A stretch of DNA of 64,000 bases from Lytechinus pictus (Eukaryota). The DNA is taken from NCBI RefSeq assembly GCF_037042905.1, contig NC_087252.1, positions 16,990,001-17,054,000 on the forward strand, written 5' to 3'. Each line of letters begins with the position of its first letter. The stretch's first letter is position 1. The position numbers and the translations under genes were made by a program. Below, piece after piece: positions 12,862 through 25,063 of the stretch. The notes under the pieces are model-generated. The model ran no database searches. It was not told the DNA's origin and worked only from the letters and a program-made list of their open reading frames with translations.

Positions 12862-15309
12862 TTAAGTACGCTGTTTGAATTGTGTCGCAGACCGTGACAA
12901 TGGGAACTAGGTTTTACGGAAAAAATATGTTTGCAAACGCTCGACGCACATAATAAGTCAGTTCGTAGTTCCTTTCTGCGCATGATCAAAATATTCTACG
13001 CATGATCAGAGGAAGGTCATTTGTACTCAAGTGACATGGTGGTTTAAAATTTAATGAGATAAGCACCAACTTTGATGTCTTGATTATTCATATATTCTTT
13101 TGAATAGTGGTTTTCATTTACATCCACAAAAAACAACAATGCGTCCACGAACGACTGGTATTTCACAGTTTGCCAAGTATATTGTGCAACATGCTATGAT
13201 ATGCATTTAAAGTAGGAATGCAACAAATACCTTCATAAAGTGTTCATTGGTGTGCTATTCTAGTCACCTGGTCTATTCAATTTCTTCATCCTGCTATGTA
13301 AGGTAAGCTTACGTAATATCTTGCTTTGAAATCTGCCTATCATAATGAAAGAAATGAAAGGTCATTTGACAAAAATTGTACATAAAGTAACTACGAACTG
13401 GTCTATTAATCAGTGGTTACATTTTATACAATAGTCACTGATTGCCAATCAATGCAAAATCCCTGATAACACACTCAGGAAATTAAAACCCCCTTCAGAT
13501 ATTTACGTTTCCATGGTAACCTCTACATATTCACATCACATGTATATAATAAAAAAAAAGGAGAATCACAATTTCATAAAGGTCGTATGAATGTTTTGTC
13601 CGTTAAGCCGTCGCACATGAAAATGGAGCTATTTTTATTCTGCACTGATATGAAATCTGTATGTGCATGATCCCTTATAAATATATGTAAGTGACTGACA
13701 AAACTTATGTGGATTGAAATGAAATCTACTAGTTTTGATCGATTTTGGTTTATTTTTTTAATAAAAAAAATGTTATGAATTGAAAATAAAACAGGATAAA
13801 CTGAGAGGAGGGGACATTTTATTAATGGACCAAAATATTAAATTTATAGGTCTTTAGGCATTAGGCCTTTCTTTAACGGGCAATGTGGTCGTGAAAATAA
13901 GCAAATAGTACAAGTTTCTCTTTGGTAAATAAACTGATATTGAACTGAGACCTGACCAATAAAAAACCCACCATTTTTTGGCCAGGTTTTGATTTTTGTT
14001 CTTCTTCTCCTTTGTTTATTTCTGTGTTTCTCCATTAACCCAGCTAGCTGAACGTTGACTGCACGTGTTTTATAGCACCGATATGGCTGCTTTTGAATGT
14101 TGATGCTATTATCATGAAATGCAAAAATAAAATAACAAATAATAATCATGCTTATTAGTAATTCAAAATATCTGTTTATATGCTTTGATAACCTACATGT
14201 CTGTAGCTACCATTTGATTTTAGTTTTTCAGGAATGTGGATCATGACAGAATGACTATTATCTCTAGTGGCGTAATGAAATAAAAAAAAATATGGGGCGA
14301 GATATGGCGTACCGCGTAAAATTTATTAAAAAGCAAGCAAGCAAAATTCGGCCTTTTTTATTTACAAAAATAAAATTTTGTGATAGATTGTGACATAATA
14401 TTTAGAAATTAATATTATAATAATATAATAATAATAATAAAAATAATGATAATAATAGTAATAATCATCATCATCTTCCTTTTCTCTTTTTTTTCCCTGG
14501 TCGTGAAAAATTGAGGGGGCACGAGCCCCCAACTTCCCTCCCCCTCATCTGTACGCCGGTCATCTCACCCTGCGGAGAAACATGCCCCGCCCCCAATAAT
14601 AAATAGTACTCATGAATAAGGAATCTTATTGTACACATTTTCTTTTGTACTATTAAAATCGTTTCTTGAATAGTGCAGGCTGAAAGGAGATCGTGACCTA
14701 CTCTAGTTTTGCATCATCATTATCATAAAGACAGCTTTTTAATGGAATGAAGAATGATGTTTGCAATGGATGTAGACTATGCATAAAGCACATAAAAACG
14801 TACAATATTATGGAAACTATGAAAGCTTTACGGGAGCGTGAGTGGAAAAGAGAGTATCGTAAAGTACTTATTTAGGCCACGAGGAAGAGATGTCAACACT
14901 CATTTTCACTCTTGACCATCAAAATCAGGTACACTATACCTGTATAATTAGATTCGAAACGTGACATTCATGGTGTTCTTCTAACCATAAAAATGGAGAC
15001 GTCAAACATTTTTCAAGTATTTAAAGAAAATCTAGAGCGCTCCAGTATTTACATGTATATTTATTTTAGTGTGCGAGATTCAAACATTGAACTAGAAACT
15101 GCTAAAAATCGTCGGTTGTAATTTGAATAGGACGCGAGGAGTGACCCAATAATTTACGTCGTCAAATTCAGGGTATATTTGCCAAAGACTCTCAAAAACT
15201 TTTCAAAATCATGAAAATCGTGAGCTTCCGGAAAATTGAGGAATAAATCAATGGAAATAATATCTACCAAATAGGAAAATGAGTATTTCCGACACAATAC
15301 AAATTGTAA

Positions 15310-16970
15310 CTAGAATTTTAATTCGTCATGAGGACGAATTAGGTGATCTGTCTCTGATTTCATGATCAGGAAGACAATCAGCATGTTTATTGAGATCAAT
15401 ATAATCATCATGATGAAAACTGAACTTCTCTTACGAAAAGAATGTGTTGAATACTCTTGAAAAAGAGGGAAATGAGAAAGTTGTGCGAAAAAGTGTAGGT
15501 CATGTACATATTCAACATTAAAAGGGATTTTAATCTCTTTTATTGTCCAATGTTTTATTTTATATACATTGTAATGGTCATAAAGGACCATGTGTGAAAT
15601 GTTGAAAAGAAAAAAAAAGAAAAAAAAAATTATCATGTTCACCCCTGGGCTCGAACCCTGGACCCTGAGGACGCAAGTCTGATGCCTTACCAATTGAGCT
15701 ACACTGTTTCCCATAGACTTTACACATAAGCAAATTAGGAGGATCTCAAATCCAATTCTGCAAGTGAAATACGGGCATGATCCCGGCATCTGATCGGAAA
15801 ATGGAGACCACTTTAGCGATAGCTTACAATCTCAGCTACAACATACTCCAAGATCAGAGAAAACAGACAAAAAGAAATGGATATATGGCCCGCGAAATAG
15901 AGGAATGTAAAATCCAGTTTTGAGAAAAAGTCATTTCCCATAGAGATTGCACACAAAATGAGCGAAAATGACATGTCTCTATAACTTGCCATTTTTCAGG
16001 ATGATTCGTTCCTTAAAATGTAAATATAGCCATCAAATTAGAAAGAGTATGTCCTCAGCTACAACATATTGAAAACTGAGCAAAAAATGGCCAATATTTA
16101 TGGAGTTAGAGTCAAATATGCATAATTATGATGACGTCATAAGTAGCAAAATGGGAATTTTGCGTTCCGACGCCATTTTGATGACGTCATGATGAAATTA
16201 AGGGTCAAATGTGACATGAAATCATATCTCCCATCTATACTCTATTCGAATATGAAAAAAAAAATTGGGGGTCAACGGACTTCCTGAAGAGCTATAATGA
16301 ATTTTGTATAGGCATGTTTTTGCACATATATTGTCTATGGTTAGTGCGCGTGCGCGCACGTGCTGTAAACTTTAATGGAGGCTAATTCCGTTATTATTTG
16401 TCGTAGAAGGTTGATCAAGGTATCAAATTGTTCAGAATTATATTATCGGTGCATTGATATAAAAAAAATGGCAATCCTATGTTGCATAATGCCGTTACGC
16501 GCGAGAACGCGCGCGTAACCGTGCGCGCGCGCAAATTTTTGAAATGCTTAAAATGGCCTGATTCATACTCTATTTTGGTCAAAAAGTGATTTTGAGCATT
16601 TTAAAATTTTGACGCGCGCGTACGCGCACGTCGTGACCTTTACATGACCTTTGATGATATGGACAGTTGACCCTTAACCTGAAGATAATGTGATGTGTAA
16701 ATATGATAAATTTTTGATAATTGATAATGAAGATATGATTGATTATGTGATTTTACAAAATGGCGTCTAGATGACGTCATGATGACCTTTTGACCTTGAA
16801 GAACTTGTTTCACCCAGATGACATGGTAGGTCCCCATAACTGATGATACTTTGAAGAAAATTGAAGATGTAGATTTGGAGATTTTATGGCAACAAGAAAA
16901 GGGCGGGGGAAAAAAATAAAAATTCTTACGAAATTAATAGTTGATCTGTCGATTGACAGATCACCTAATT
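15310..16970 (-). mobile_element. Helentron/HINE-like non-autonomous rolling-circle element
   Basis: SubTIRs AATTAGGTGATCTGTC (15337-15352) / GACAGATCACCTAATT (16955-16970), a short inverted partner at 16942-16950, a terminal hairpin AATTCGTC-ATGAG-GACGAATT (15320-15340) and a CTAG-TT 3' end on the - strand. Confidence 0.65.
15638..15708 (-). pseudogene. tRNA-like / Pol III cassette inside the HINE-like element
   Basis: A box TAGCTCAATTGG, B box GGTTCGAGCCC, followed by a T-run on the - strand; stems imperfect. Confidence 0.55.
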
Positions 16971-17229
16971 ACCTTTAATATGTTCAATATTCAGGTCAGG
17001 AATGGATGATCTATTTCAGTTGTAAATGCACAAATTTGGGTCGTTGAACTATACTGTTGTACACAAACATGAAAATATTATTATTTATTATTTATTTATT
17101 TATTCATGTTTTATTTATAACAAATGATAAAATAAGGTGGAGGGTAGTTCGGTTCAGTTATAAAACTGCTTTACAACGAAGCCATCCCCCTTTACAAACA
17201 TAAAATAGAACATAAACATGATAATATAT

Positions 17230-17500
17230 ATAAATACAAGTGAAAATCAATATAAAAAGTTATAATCTATAAAATAAACATAAAAAGAAAACAAATAAAC
17301 AAAAAGGAAAGAATACTAGAAGATACTTTGTTATAATAAATGTTTGGCCAATAGGTAACCTCTTTTAAAAGAATTTATAGAATTTGTGGATTGAACTGAA
17401 AATGGGAGTTTATTAAATAGGGAGCTTGCTTTATAAGAGAATGACTTTCTTTTGAATTCAGTTTTGGGGAATGGAATGTCGAGGAGAGAATTTAGTGCAT
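17230..17500 (-). mobile_element. 3' fragment of an L2/CR1-group LINE
   Basis: Peptide IPFPKTEFKRKSFSYKASSLFNKLP...SINSFKR resembles the ORF2 C-terminus of L2/CR1-group LINEs. Confidence 0.55.
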
Positions 17501-19252
17501 GTAAACTTTTAACCAGCACGAAGGTAATTATGTGTCCAACCACTTTGGGGCCGTATTTTACCCAATGCGGGAAGCATATTGTCCAATAAGGTTAAAACAT
17601 AAGCAGCAATTACTTTAGAATGGGCAAAATTTTCACCACACTGGATAAATAAACATGCGCACAAGAAATGCCCAATGTTGGTTGGACACATCCTCATAGA
17701 CAAATGCTATGTGCAAATAGTTCATTCAAATTGAATATTCATTGATCGAAATAATGTCTACCCTTTCACCTCGTTCAATTATTTTCACCTGCTTCAATTG
17801 TCAGCTTATCCCCCAAACTATTGAAAATTAATGTCTGTGCTACGTTGAAAAAGACAATTTTTAAAGATGTATTTTTCAGTTTTCATTGGATCTGGTTCTT
17901 CTTCTCCGTCCCTATTTCCATCTTTAAAAAAAAAATGAAGTTTACAAATATCCATCAACATGACAAAGCTGTTAAGGCGTGAACAGTTTTAATCTATTTT
18001 AAACTTCAAATTGGCAATGTTGTTTCAAATTGACATGTTTAATAGTACAAATCCTCACCTTTTTAACACAAAACATTTGTATTTTAGCTCTGGTAAACTG
18101 GCAAACAGTCATGTGAACTACACACAAGTATCATCGGTCATTACAATATTTAAACAAAGCGTAGTAGTCGGTGGCTACATTTCATTTACCCATGATAACT
18201 TTAATGTTACGTTTTCCGGCCGTTCGTATTTGAATTTAAATATTTCAACCTCTTTCGGCATTCTTTATTTATTTATTTGAATTATGAAATACCCCTTAAT
18301 TGTGTCACTTATAATACAAAACATATTTAGTGATTGGATATTAGATAGCTACTGACTAAAATTATATCCGTCATGGATAAGGTATATTATATAAACTAGA
18401 CAAAATTGCGTAGATATCTTACTATCATCGAATCAAATTATGGTGTAAAATCAATAAATCTATCCAATAAAATGCATTTTAAGTTTATATCCTCCGCATT
18501 CATTTTTTTAGCACATGCACTTTTAAAGGAAAAATGACAAAAAGTTTTGGTGATTTACCGAAACTAAAGACCCTCCCCTGAACATGTGGAATTAGCATTG
18601 TTTAATACTATGTGGTTCAGTCAAGTTGATCCTTATTGTCAAATATGTAAAAAATGAAATATTGTATAGTTCAAACACCCTCTCTTCCTATCAAAATGGA
18701 TATTTCCCAATTTTCTTCAAACAACATGAGAAATATAATTATTAAAACGAAATAGCTGGCAATATTGTTAAAAATGACAATTCAGGTATAGTGTCGCGTT
18801 CTTTAGAGTAGTATGAAATTTCGAGCACTCGACATTCAACATCTTCAATGTCAAATTCAGGTGATATTAAAAATCAACACTCATATCAGTTCATACTGTT
18901 GGCTATTAATATTTTATCGTATCTGTCCAAATGTCACATTCCCCCCTTCAATAATAAATCAATGCAATCATTGGGGCATAGAGCGATGGAACACATATCA
19001 TTCTCCCAATATCATCTCTAAAATTATACAGACACACCAACAAAAACTACTATGTATCGATTAAAGCTAATGCGTTATTTCGAACGGTAGATAATAAGTC
19101 GGTTAGCAGTCGGTTTTGTGGATATGACTGCACCCACGGTCAGGTAATATTTACTCAACATTACGCCGCTTATCTTGAAGCCGTTATTTGATGGACGGAT
19201 ATCGGATTTGAAAACAGAACGGCGGAGAGCACGTTTCGTATCGATATACATG

Positions 19253-20336
19253 AATTGAATTGAATTTATTAGAACTTCACTGGCAATTGCCAGTATTTTG
19301 TTCATAACAAGAAGTACAAAATGATACAAGACAAATATACAATGCAAGGAATATAAGCAAATAAACAAAAACAAAATAGTATTTCGTCAAAAAGAAAAAA
19401 AAAGAAAAAAGAAACAACTTGTAAATTATATACAAATATACACAATAAACATAGGAATCATTCGGATAGATACTTTGACAATGAATATAGAGACTGATAT
19501 CCAAGAAAAGATAAAGAAAACATAAAGAAAGTGAGAGAGGAAAGGGAAATAAAGAGGGAAGAAGTTCGAAAATGGAGAGAGCGGGAAAGAGAGGAAGAAT
19601 GAGAAGAATGGCATTACATGTAAATTCATTGTGTAAAAATATTGCGAATATATTACTTCAAAGTGTTTACCGGTTGACATTTTTAGTACTTAGAAATCAC
19701 CCCTAATAGCAATTAAGTTTTGGATAAAAGAACAAAACAATTTAATCAAGGCTTCAGTTTCCAATTTCATGATGTAGATAAATTTTTCCTGGCACTCCAT
19801 TTCAGTAAACCTAATATTGAAGGTAATTATCTTTTCAAAAAAATCTTTACGCAAATCTTTATATTTGTTACATTTCATTATAATGTGGAACTCATCCCCG
19901 ACAAAATTCAAATTACAATCTTCACAAAATCTCAGGTTAGGTGGTATCTTCTCCGGTCTTTTGTACCTTCCTGTTTCTATTGGTAGATTATGAGCGCTCA
20001 GTCGGAGCTTGGTTATATTTTTTCTCAAATTGACATTGTGTATTGAATATAACTAATTTTCTTGTCTTATATTGAATTTGAATTGCCTAAAAGTTATTAG
20101 TTTATTTCCTTCCCTAGTGTCCCTGTCGTTAAATAAATCCAATTCAAATTGTTCGTCAAATCTTCTTTCCAATGATGTTTAACATATTGTAATAAATTCT
20201 TTTGGGGAAATTGGTATATTTTCTGGATCAAGTATGGGGGTGTCATTTTTCCGACAAATATCTAGTATGTTAAAAATATCATGAATTGTCTTAAACCAGC
20301 AATTGTTTCCGTTATTCAATAGACAAAAAGACAATG
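19253..20336 (-). mobile_element. 5'-truncated non-LTR retrotransposon (ORF2 C-terminus + 3'UTR)
   Basis: ORF 19690-20028 with KLRLSAHNLPIETGRY...C..C....DEFH...C motif; AATAAA plus (ATTCA)n tail at ~19251-19270; 8-bp TSD TATACATG (19245-19252, 20337-20344). Confidence 0.8.
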
Positions 20337-20679
20337 TATACATGTATACCTTTACAACGGTTCGCGTTATTTCCGGAATTTCTTCAATAATTATTGGCGT
20401 CTTTAGTTTCACCTTATTCTTGAGATGAAGTTTCATCTTGCACCAGGTAAATCGTCTTTAAGATGAAGTTTCATCTTGCACCAGGTAAATCGTCTTTTAC
20501 ACTCCGAGCATACAGGGGTGGCCAGTGTTCTTGGCAGGGACAGCACTACAGGAGTGGGGCGACCCCCTGTATATATATATATATATATGTAAGCCTATTC
20601 TAAACTCATACGAAAGAAAAAATGACAAAAATTATCTGGAACATGTACATAGTGATCTGTTGATTGAGCATGATGTATA

Positions 20680-20805
20680 CACAGGGGCATCGATCCATTT
20701 TTCAGATTGGGGGGGGGGCAAAATCATGAATCAACGTTCCAAAGACGTTCGATCATATAAAACGAACAAACTCACCCACACACCCCTACACCCCCACATA
20801 TAGGC

Positions 20806-20855
<50 letters not shown>

Positions 20856-21540
20856 TCATGAGAAAGAGACACATATCTCAACCTCACCAACAATGCGAGC
20901 GCGAAGCGCGAGCTGAAAATTTTTAGTATGACATGAAAACAGGAAAAATGTACCTGTTTAGGTTTGCTTGTAGTAACTCATGAGGAGCATAGATACATGT
21001 ATCTCACTAGAGAGCGAGCTAAAATTTCTTTATATTCTGACGTGAAAGCTTGATATTCTAAGCACTTTTGGTACCAATGATTAAGATGGGTATCTAGAAG
21101 AACAATAGATGCGAGCGCAAAGCGTCAGCTGAAAATTTTAATATTTCGATCTGGACAAAAAGACAATTTAATGGACGCTTTTAATAAAGAACAAGATATA
21201 TATCCAACAAAAGATTGTTTCAAATCGAAGCGGGAGTTCTTTTGAGGTATAGAACTGAAAACGGGACATTCTATTCACCTATTTAATAATGAAAAGTATG
21301 GGGTTTTGGTACAGAAATGATGCGAGCGCGAAGCGCGAGCTGAACAATTTTATATTCCGATCTGAAAAGCAGACATTTTGAGCACGATTTTAGATCAAAA
21401 TCGAGTTGGTATCTTAATCTCGCTTGCTGGTTTCAGTGTAGCATTACAATCTTATTTTATTTTTAGTTGCACATGCGGAATTATTGGGAGGGGGGCAAAA
21501 CGATATGTTCCCCCCAAATATTTTAATTGGTGGGGCTATT
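20680..21540. repeat. Dispersed repeat with GCGAGCGCGAAGCGCGAGCTGAA subrepeats and poly-G ends
   Basis: Motif recurs at ~20896, ~21111 and ~21322; related inverted subrepeats at ~50710-51270. Confidence 0.55.
20811..20851. repeat. (TA)n microsatellite
   Basis: Direct observation. Confidence 0.95.
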
Positions 21541-22047
21541 ACTCTAATAGCTATATGGTCATTCCTTAGACGATTTATCTTGTCACCCTTTTACTCCCGT
21601 TTGTTTTTCCACCCTTTTGAATTAATTGATTTATTAAAATTAATTCATTCACCACTGGTGGGATGGAACACCCTATCAACAAAAATTGTTTTTCGTTGGG
21701 GTCCTTTTATGTCATGTGTTTAAAAATATCATATACATAAACATTTCATTCTTTTTCATCTTGAACTTCCACCCATCTGTTTAATAGTCCTGAAAAAAAA
21801 TGTTTTCATTTAATAACAATATACAGAAATTGCGAGGGAAACAAACTGATTGATGGCATACTATAATCATCACTATAATCATCATGATCAAACTTTTCAT
21901 TTTTTCATCATCATTATTATAATTTTTCTACCCTAAATTATTGGGGGGGGATGATAATACAGGCCACCCCCCCCCCCACTTGAAATATTGGGGGGGGGGG
22001 GGATATATCCCCCACCCCCCCCCCCCCCGTGATGGACACCCATGGAT

Positions 22048-22118
22048 GCATCCGTCGAGAATCGAACCCTGGTCCCTGGCTCTGAACGCCAATGCCTTAA
22101 CCACTAGACCACGAAGGC
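22048..22118 (-). pseudogene. tRNA-like sequence (probable SINE head or pseudo-tRNA)
   Basis: GCCTTCG-TGGTCTAGTGGTTAAGGCA-TTGGC-GTTCAGA-GCCAG-GGAC-CAGGGTTCGATTCTCGA-CGGATGC: A and B boxes present, T stem mispaired. Confidence 0.55.
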
Positions 22119-22376
22119 AGGCCAGCGAGACCGTGTTCAATTAACCGGCAGGCAAATTTCCTACCGTTTAATTGAATCTTTGTCTTTTCTTTGGTGCAGA
22201 TGAGTGAATGGACAATGACATGAGTGAGTAGCCGCGTGCCAAAATTGGAACCCAGCTAATAGAAGCCTGAATGCATGCATTCATCAGAAAGGGGACAGAT
22301 ACATTGAGAGAAAATTGATGCAAACAACTTGTGGCAACTCTCTTGTAAAAAGAGAGTGGCAACAGGTTGTTTGCAT

Positions 22377-22988
22377 TTATCTCAACCCAGACAAAATACA
22401 CGAGAGGCGAGTAAATGCAGTTTCCGTGGAGTTTAATAAAAATTGTTTCTGAAAAGCATCTTCCAAATGATGTATACCGAAAAGTAAAATGATGTGTTGT
22501 CAAATAAAGCCAAAATAATATAATGCAACAATCAAAACATAATAATATAAACGTAAAGCCTCCTGAGATGTGTCATATGCGAAAAATTAAAGTTATTAAA
22601 CCAATCTCCTCAATTGACAATTAAAACAGTCCATCCACATTCATGACAAAGACACCAGTTTGTCATGTGGCCAAATGTGGGCAACGTAAAATTCCATCTG
22701 CAAAGCTACGAAGCAAAGATTCCCGTTTGCAACACGAGCTTATGCAGGAAAACTTTTAAAACAGAAACTAGTTCTCAGAAGCCCCACCAACGGCCCTGAA
22801 CTAGAATGTGAACGAGGCAACGTTAATGTTCGGTCCGAAATGGAATTCGCTGGTGGCCTCATCCAAATCGGGTGACAAACCAAGCCCCGTTCACATTATA
22901 ACCTGAGGAGTGGAATATACTAAATTGGTCTAAATAAATAAAAAATATTATCTCAGGAAGCCCAAAATAAGTGAAGAATCATAATGTG
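22377..22988 (-). repeat. Split direct repeat B2 (612 bp)
   Basis: Matches 23654-24265 with no mismatch seen by eye. Confidence 0.92.
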
Positions 22989-23252
22989 ATGGGAAAAGGC
23001 CGAGCTCCAGCAAGGGCGAAAACACCCCCCTGAACACCTGATGATAAATGAATTAAACTAACTGGTAAACCAAAGTAAAATACAAAAGGTATCCAAAAGT
23101 AGGTGAACAGGTTGGATGGAATTACCTTGCGGCCCACTTTGGGTGTGCGACCAGGCTTAAGGCCCGAAGCTCACATTGTTAGAATGAATAACATGAAACA
23201 AAACATCTTGACGTTGAAAATTAGTGGGGGTGACAAGGGGATGGAGGAGGGA

Positions 23253-23659
23253 AAAAATACAGGAAGTATGTTGCACAAAAAAGGTGAATTGAGATAAAAG
23301 ATGCTTTCCAATCGACTCCACGAAGAAGAATGCTAACTTGTTAGAAATTTGCTTTTGCCCCCTCCCGAAATTACCACGTCAGCTAACGCGATGTAGCAAT
23401 TTTAGCCACGCCTCCTTGTAATGTCCGAAAAATACCAAAATTCGCAACGCAACATTTTTTGGCCACGCCTCCTAGTGAAGTCCGACAAAATACCATATTT
23501 GGCATCGCAACATATCTCCGCCAGGGCAAAGGAATTCGCCTGACCAGGCACCTTGTGAAACACCTGTTACGTACCGCTGACGGGATATGTTGTTGTCCAG
23601 CTAGTCTGACCCGAGATAACCTCTCATTAACTTGCTTCGCACGTTAAGAGGTATTATCT
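23253..23659 (-). repeat. Split direct repeat A2 (407 bp)
   Basis: Matches 29041-29447; the ORF track gives an identical 62-aa spurious ORF in both copies. Confidence 0.92.
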
Positions 23660-24265
23660 CAACCCAGACAAAATACACGAGAGGCGAGTAAATGCAGTTT
23701 CCGTGGAGTTTAATAAAAATTGTTTCTGAAAAGCATCTTCCAAATGATGTATACCGAAAAGTAAAATGATGTGTTGTCAAATAAAGCCAAAATAATATAA
23801 TGCAACAATCAAAACATAATAATATAAACGTAAAGCCTCCTGAGATGTGTCATATGCGAAAAATTAAAGTTATTAAACCAATCTCCTCAATTGACAATTA
23901 AAACAGTCCATCCACATTCATGACAAAGACACCAGTTTGTCATGTGGCCAAATGTGGGCAACGTAAAATTCCATCTGCAAAGCTACGAAGCAAAGATTCC
24001 CGTTTGCAACACGAGCTTATGCAGGAAAACTTTTAAAACAGAAACTAGTTCTCAGAAGCCCCACCAACGGCCCTGAACTAGAATGTGAACGAGGCAACGT
24101 TAATGTTCGGTCCGAAATGGAATTCGCTGGTGGCCTCATCCAAATCGGGTGACAAACCAAGCCCCGTTCACATTATAACCTGAGGAGTGGAATATACTAA
24201 ATTGGTCTAAATAAATAAAAAATATTATCTCAGGAAGCCCAAAATAAGTGAAGAATCATAATGTG
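23654..24265 (-). repeat. Split direct repeat B1 (612 bp)
   Basis: Matches 22377-22988; overlaps A2 by TTATCT. Confidence 0.92.
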
Positions 24266-24520
24266 TTGTGGCAAAAATGGAATGCCGCCAAACGGGATGA
24301 CTCATAGTCAGCCCGCCGCCACAACACAATATGATGCCAATAGTTCAAACCATGCTGTAGTGTATTTACAATGTCCACGCTAAGAAGCTGGGAAGGGGGG
24401 GGTGCATTAAACTAACAGGGACGCCCAATTAAACCATCTAGGAGGATTCATGCTCATTCAGTCCACTTGCGAGGAGTATAATGCTCTAATAAAAATGGGG
24501 GGAGGCGGGGTGGGCGGGGC

Positions 24521-25063
24521 TTAGTAACTAAATAGTGAAGTTTGTAGTAAGGGCTTGAGATCTGATGGTACCACGTGTGAGTTCTGGATAAGGTATTCAG
24601 GCAATATCATCTGCTCATAAAAAAGTTCCAACCGTTCGCGACGTCCGAGCCAGCGAGTGCTCGACGGAGGTAAAACAGCTGTTACTCTATGATTTCGCTC
24701 CGCGACAAAGAAATCAAGTGTCCTCCTGTTCGCGGATGTATTGAGTTTTTTGTGTTGGAAGCTCCTTGGTTTTATGACCCGGCCACGTGCCGAGTTGTGA
24801 GGGCCCGCCCCCAGGTATAGCGGGAATGCCCGCGTCAGCGAAACATGAAATGTCCCCTTCCTCTCGTACGATTCCGTGGAATGCTGACACAAACCCACGT
24901 TGAGACTCCAAATAACTGCACATGGAAGAGAGAAAAGGAAAGAAACAGCGGCACCGATTGTACATTCTAAAGGGGGGGGGGGTAAACAGATACCATAAAC
25001 ATGATAAGTGTAGCAAAGACCACAATATACTAACAGTGGGCGAGCAAGTCTGCCTGCGCCCAT
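24521..25063 (-). CDS. Possible 4th ORF of the Ngaro element, unknown function (180 aa)
   Basis: Open frame between YR and B1; no recognisable motif; strong internal splice acceptor at 24916-24946. Confidence 0.3.
   Translation of the reverse strand: MGAGRLARPLLVYCGLCYTYHVYGICLPPPPLECTIGAAVSFLFSLPCAVIWSLNVGLCQHSTESYERKGTFHVSLTRAFPLYLGAGPHNSARGRVIKPRSFQHKKLNTSANRRTLDFFVAERNHRVTAVLPPSSTRWLGRRERLELFYEQMILPEYLIQNSHVVPSDLKPLLQTSLFSY

Noticed and set aside
21944..22028. Alternating G and C homopolymer runs (G-quadruplex or hairpin potential)
   Set aside because: Similar poly-G/C ends recur in several local repeat copies; no evidence of a specific function.
23015..23050. GAAA...CTGATGA, a possible hammerhead ribozyme core
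   Set aside because: No stems I-III or NUH site can be formed, and it is on the non-transcribed strand of the element.
23459..23647. 62-aa ORF present twice (also 29247-29435)
   Set aside because: A consequence of repeat A duplication; antisense to the element, non-ATG start, no motif.
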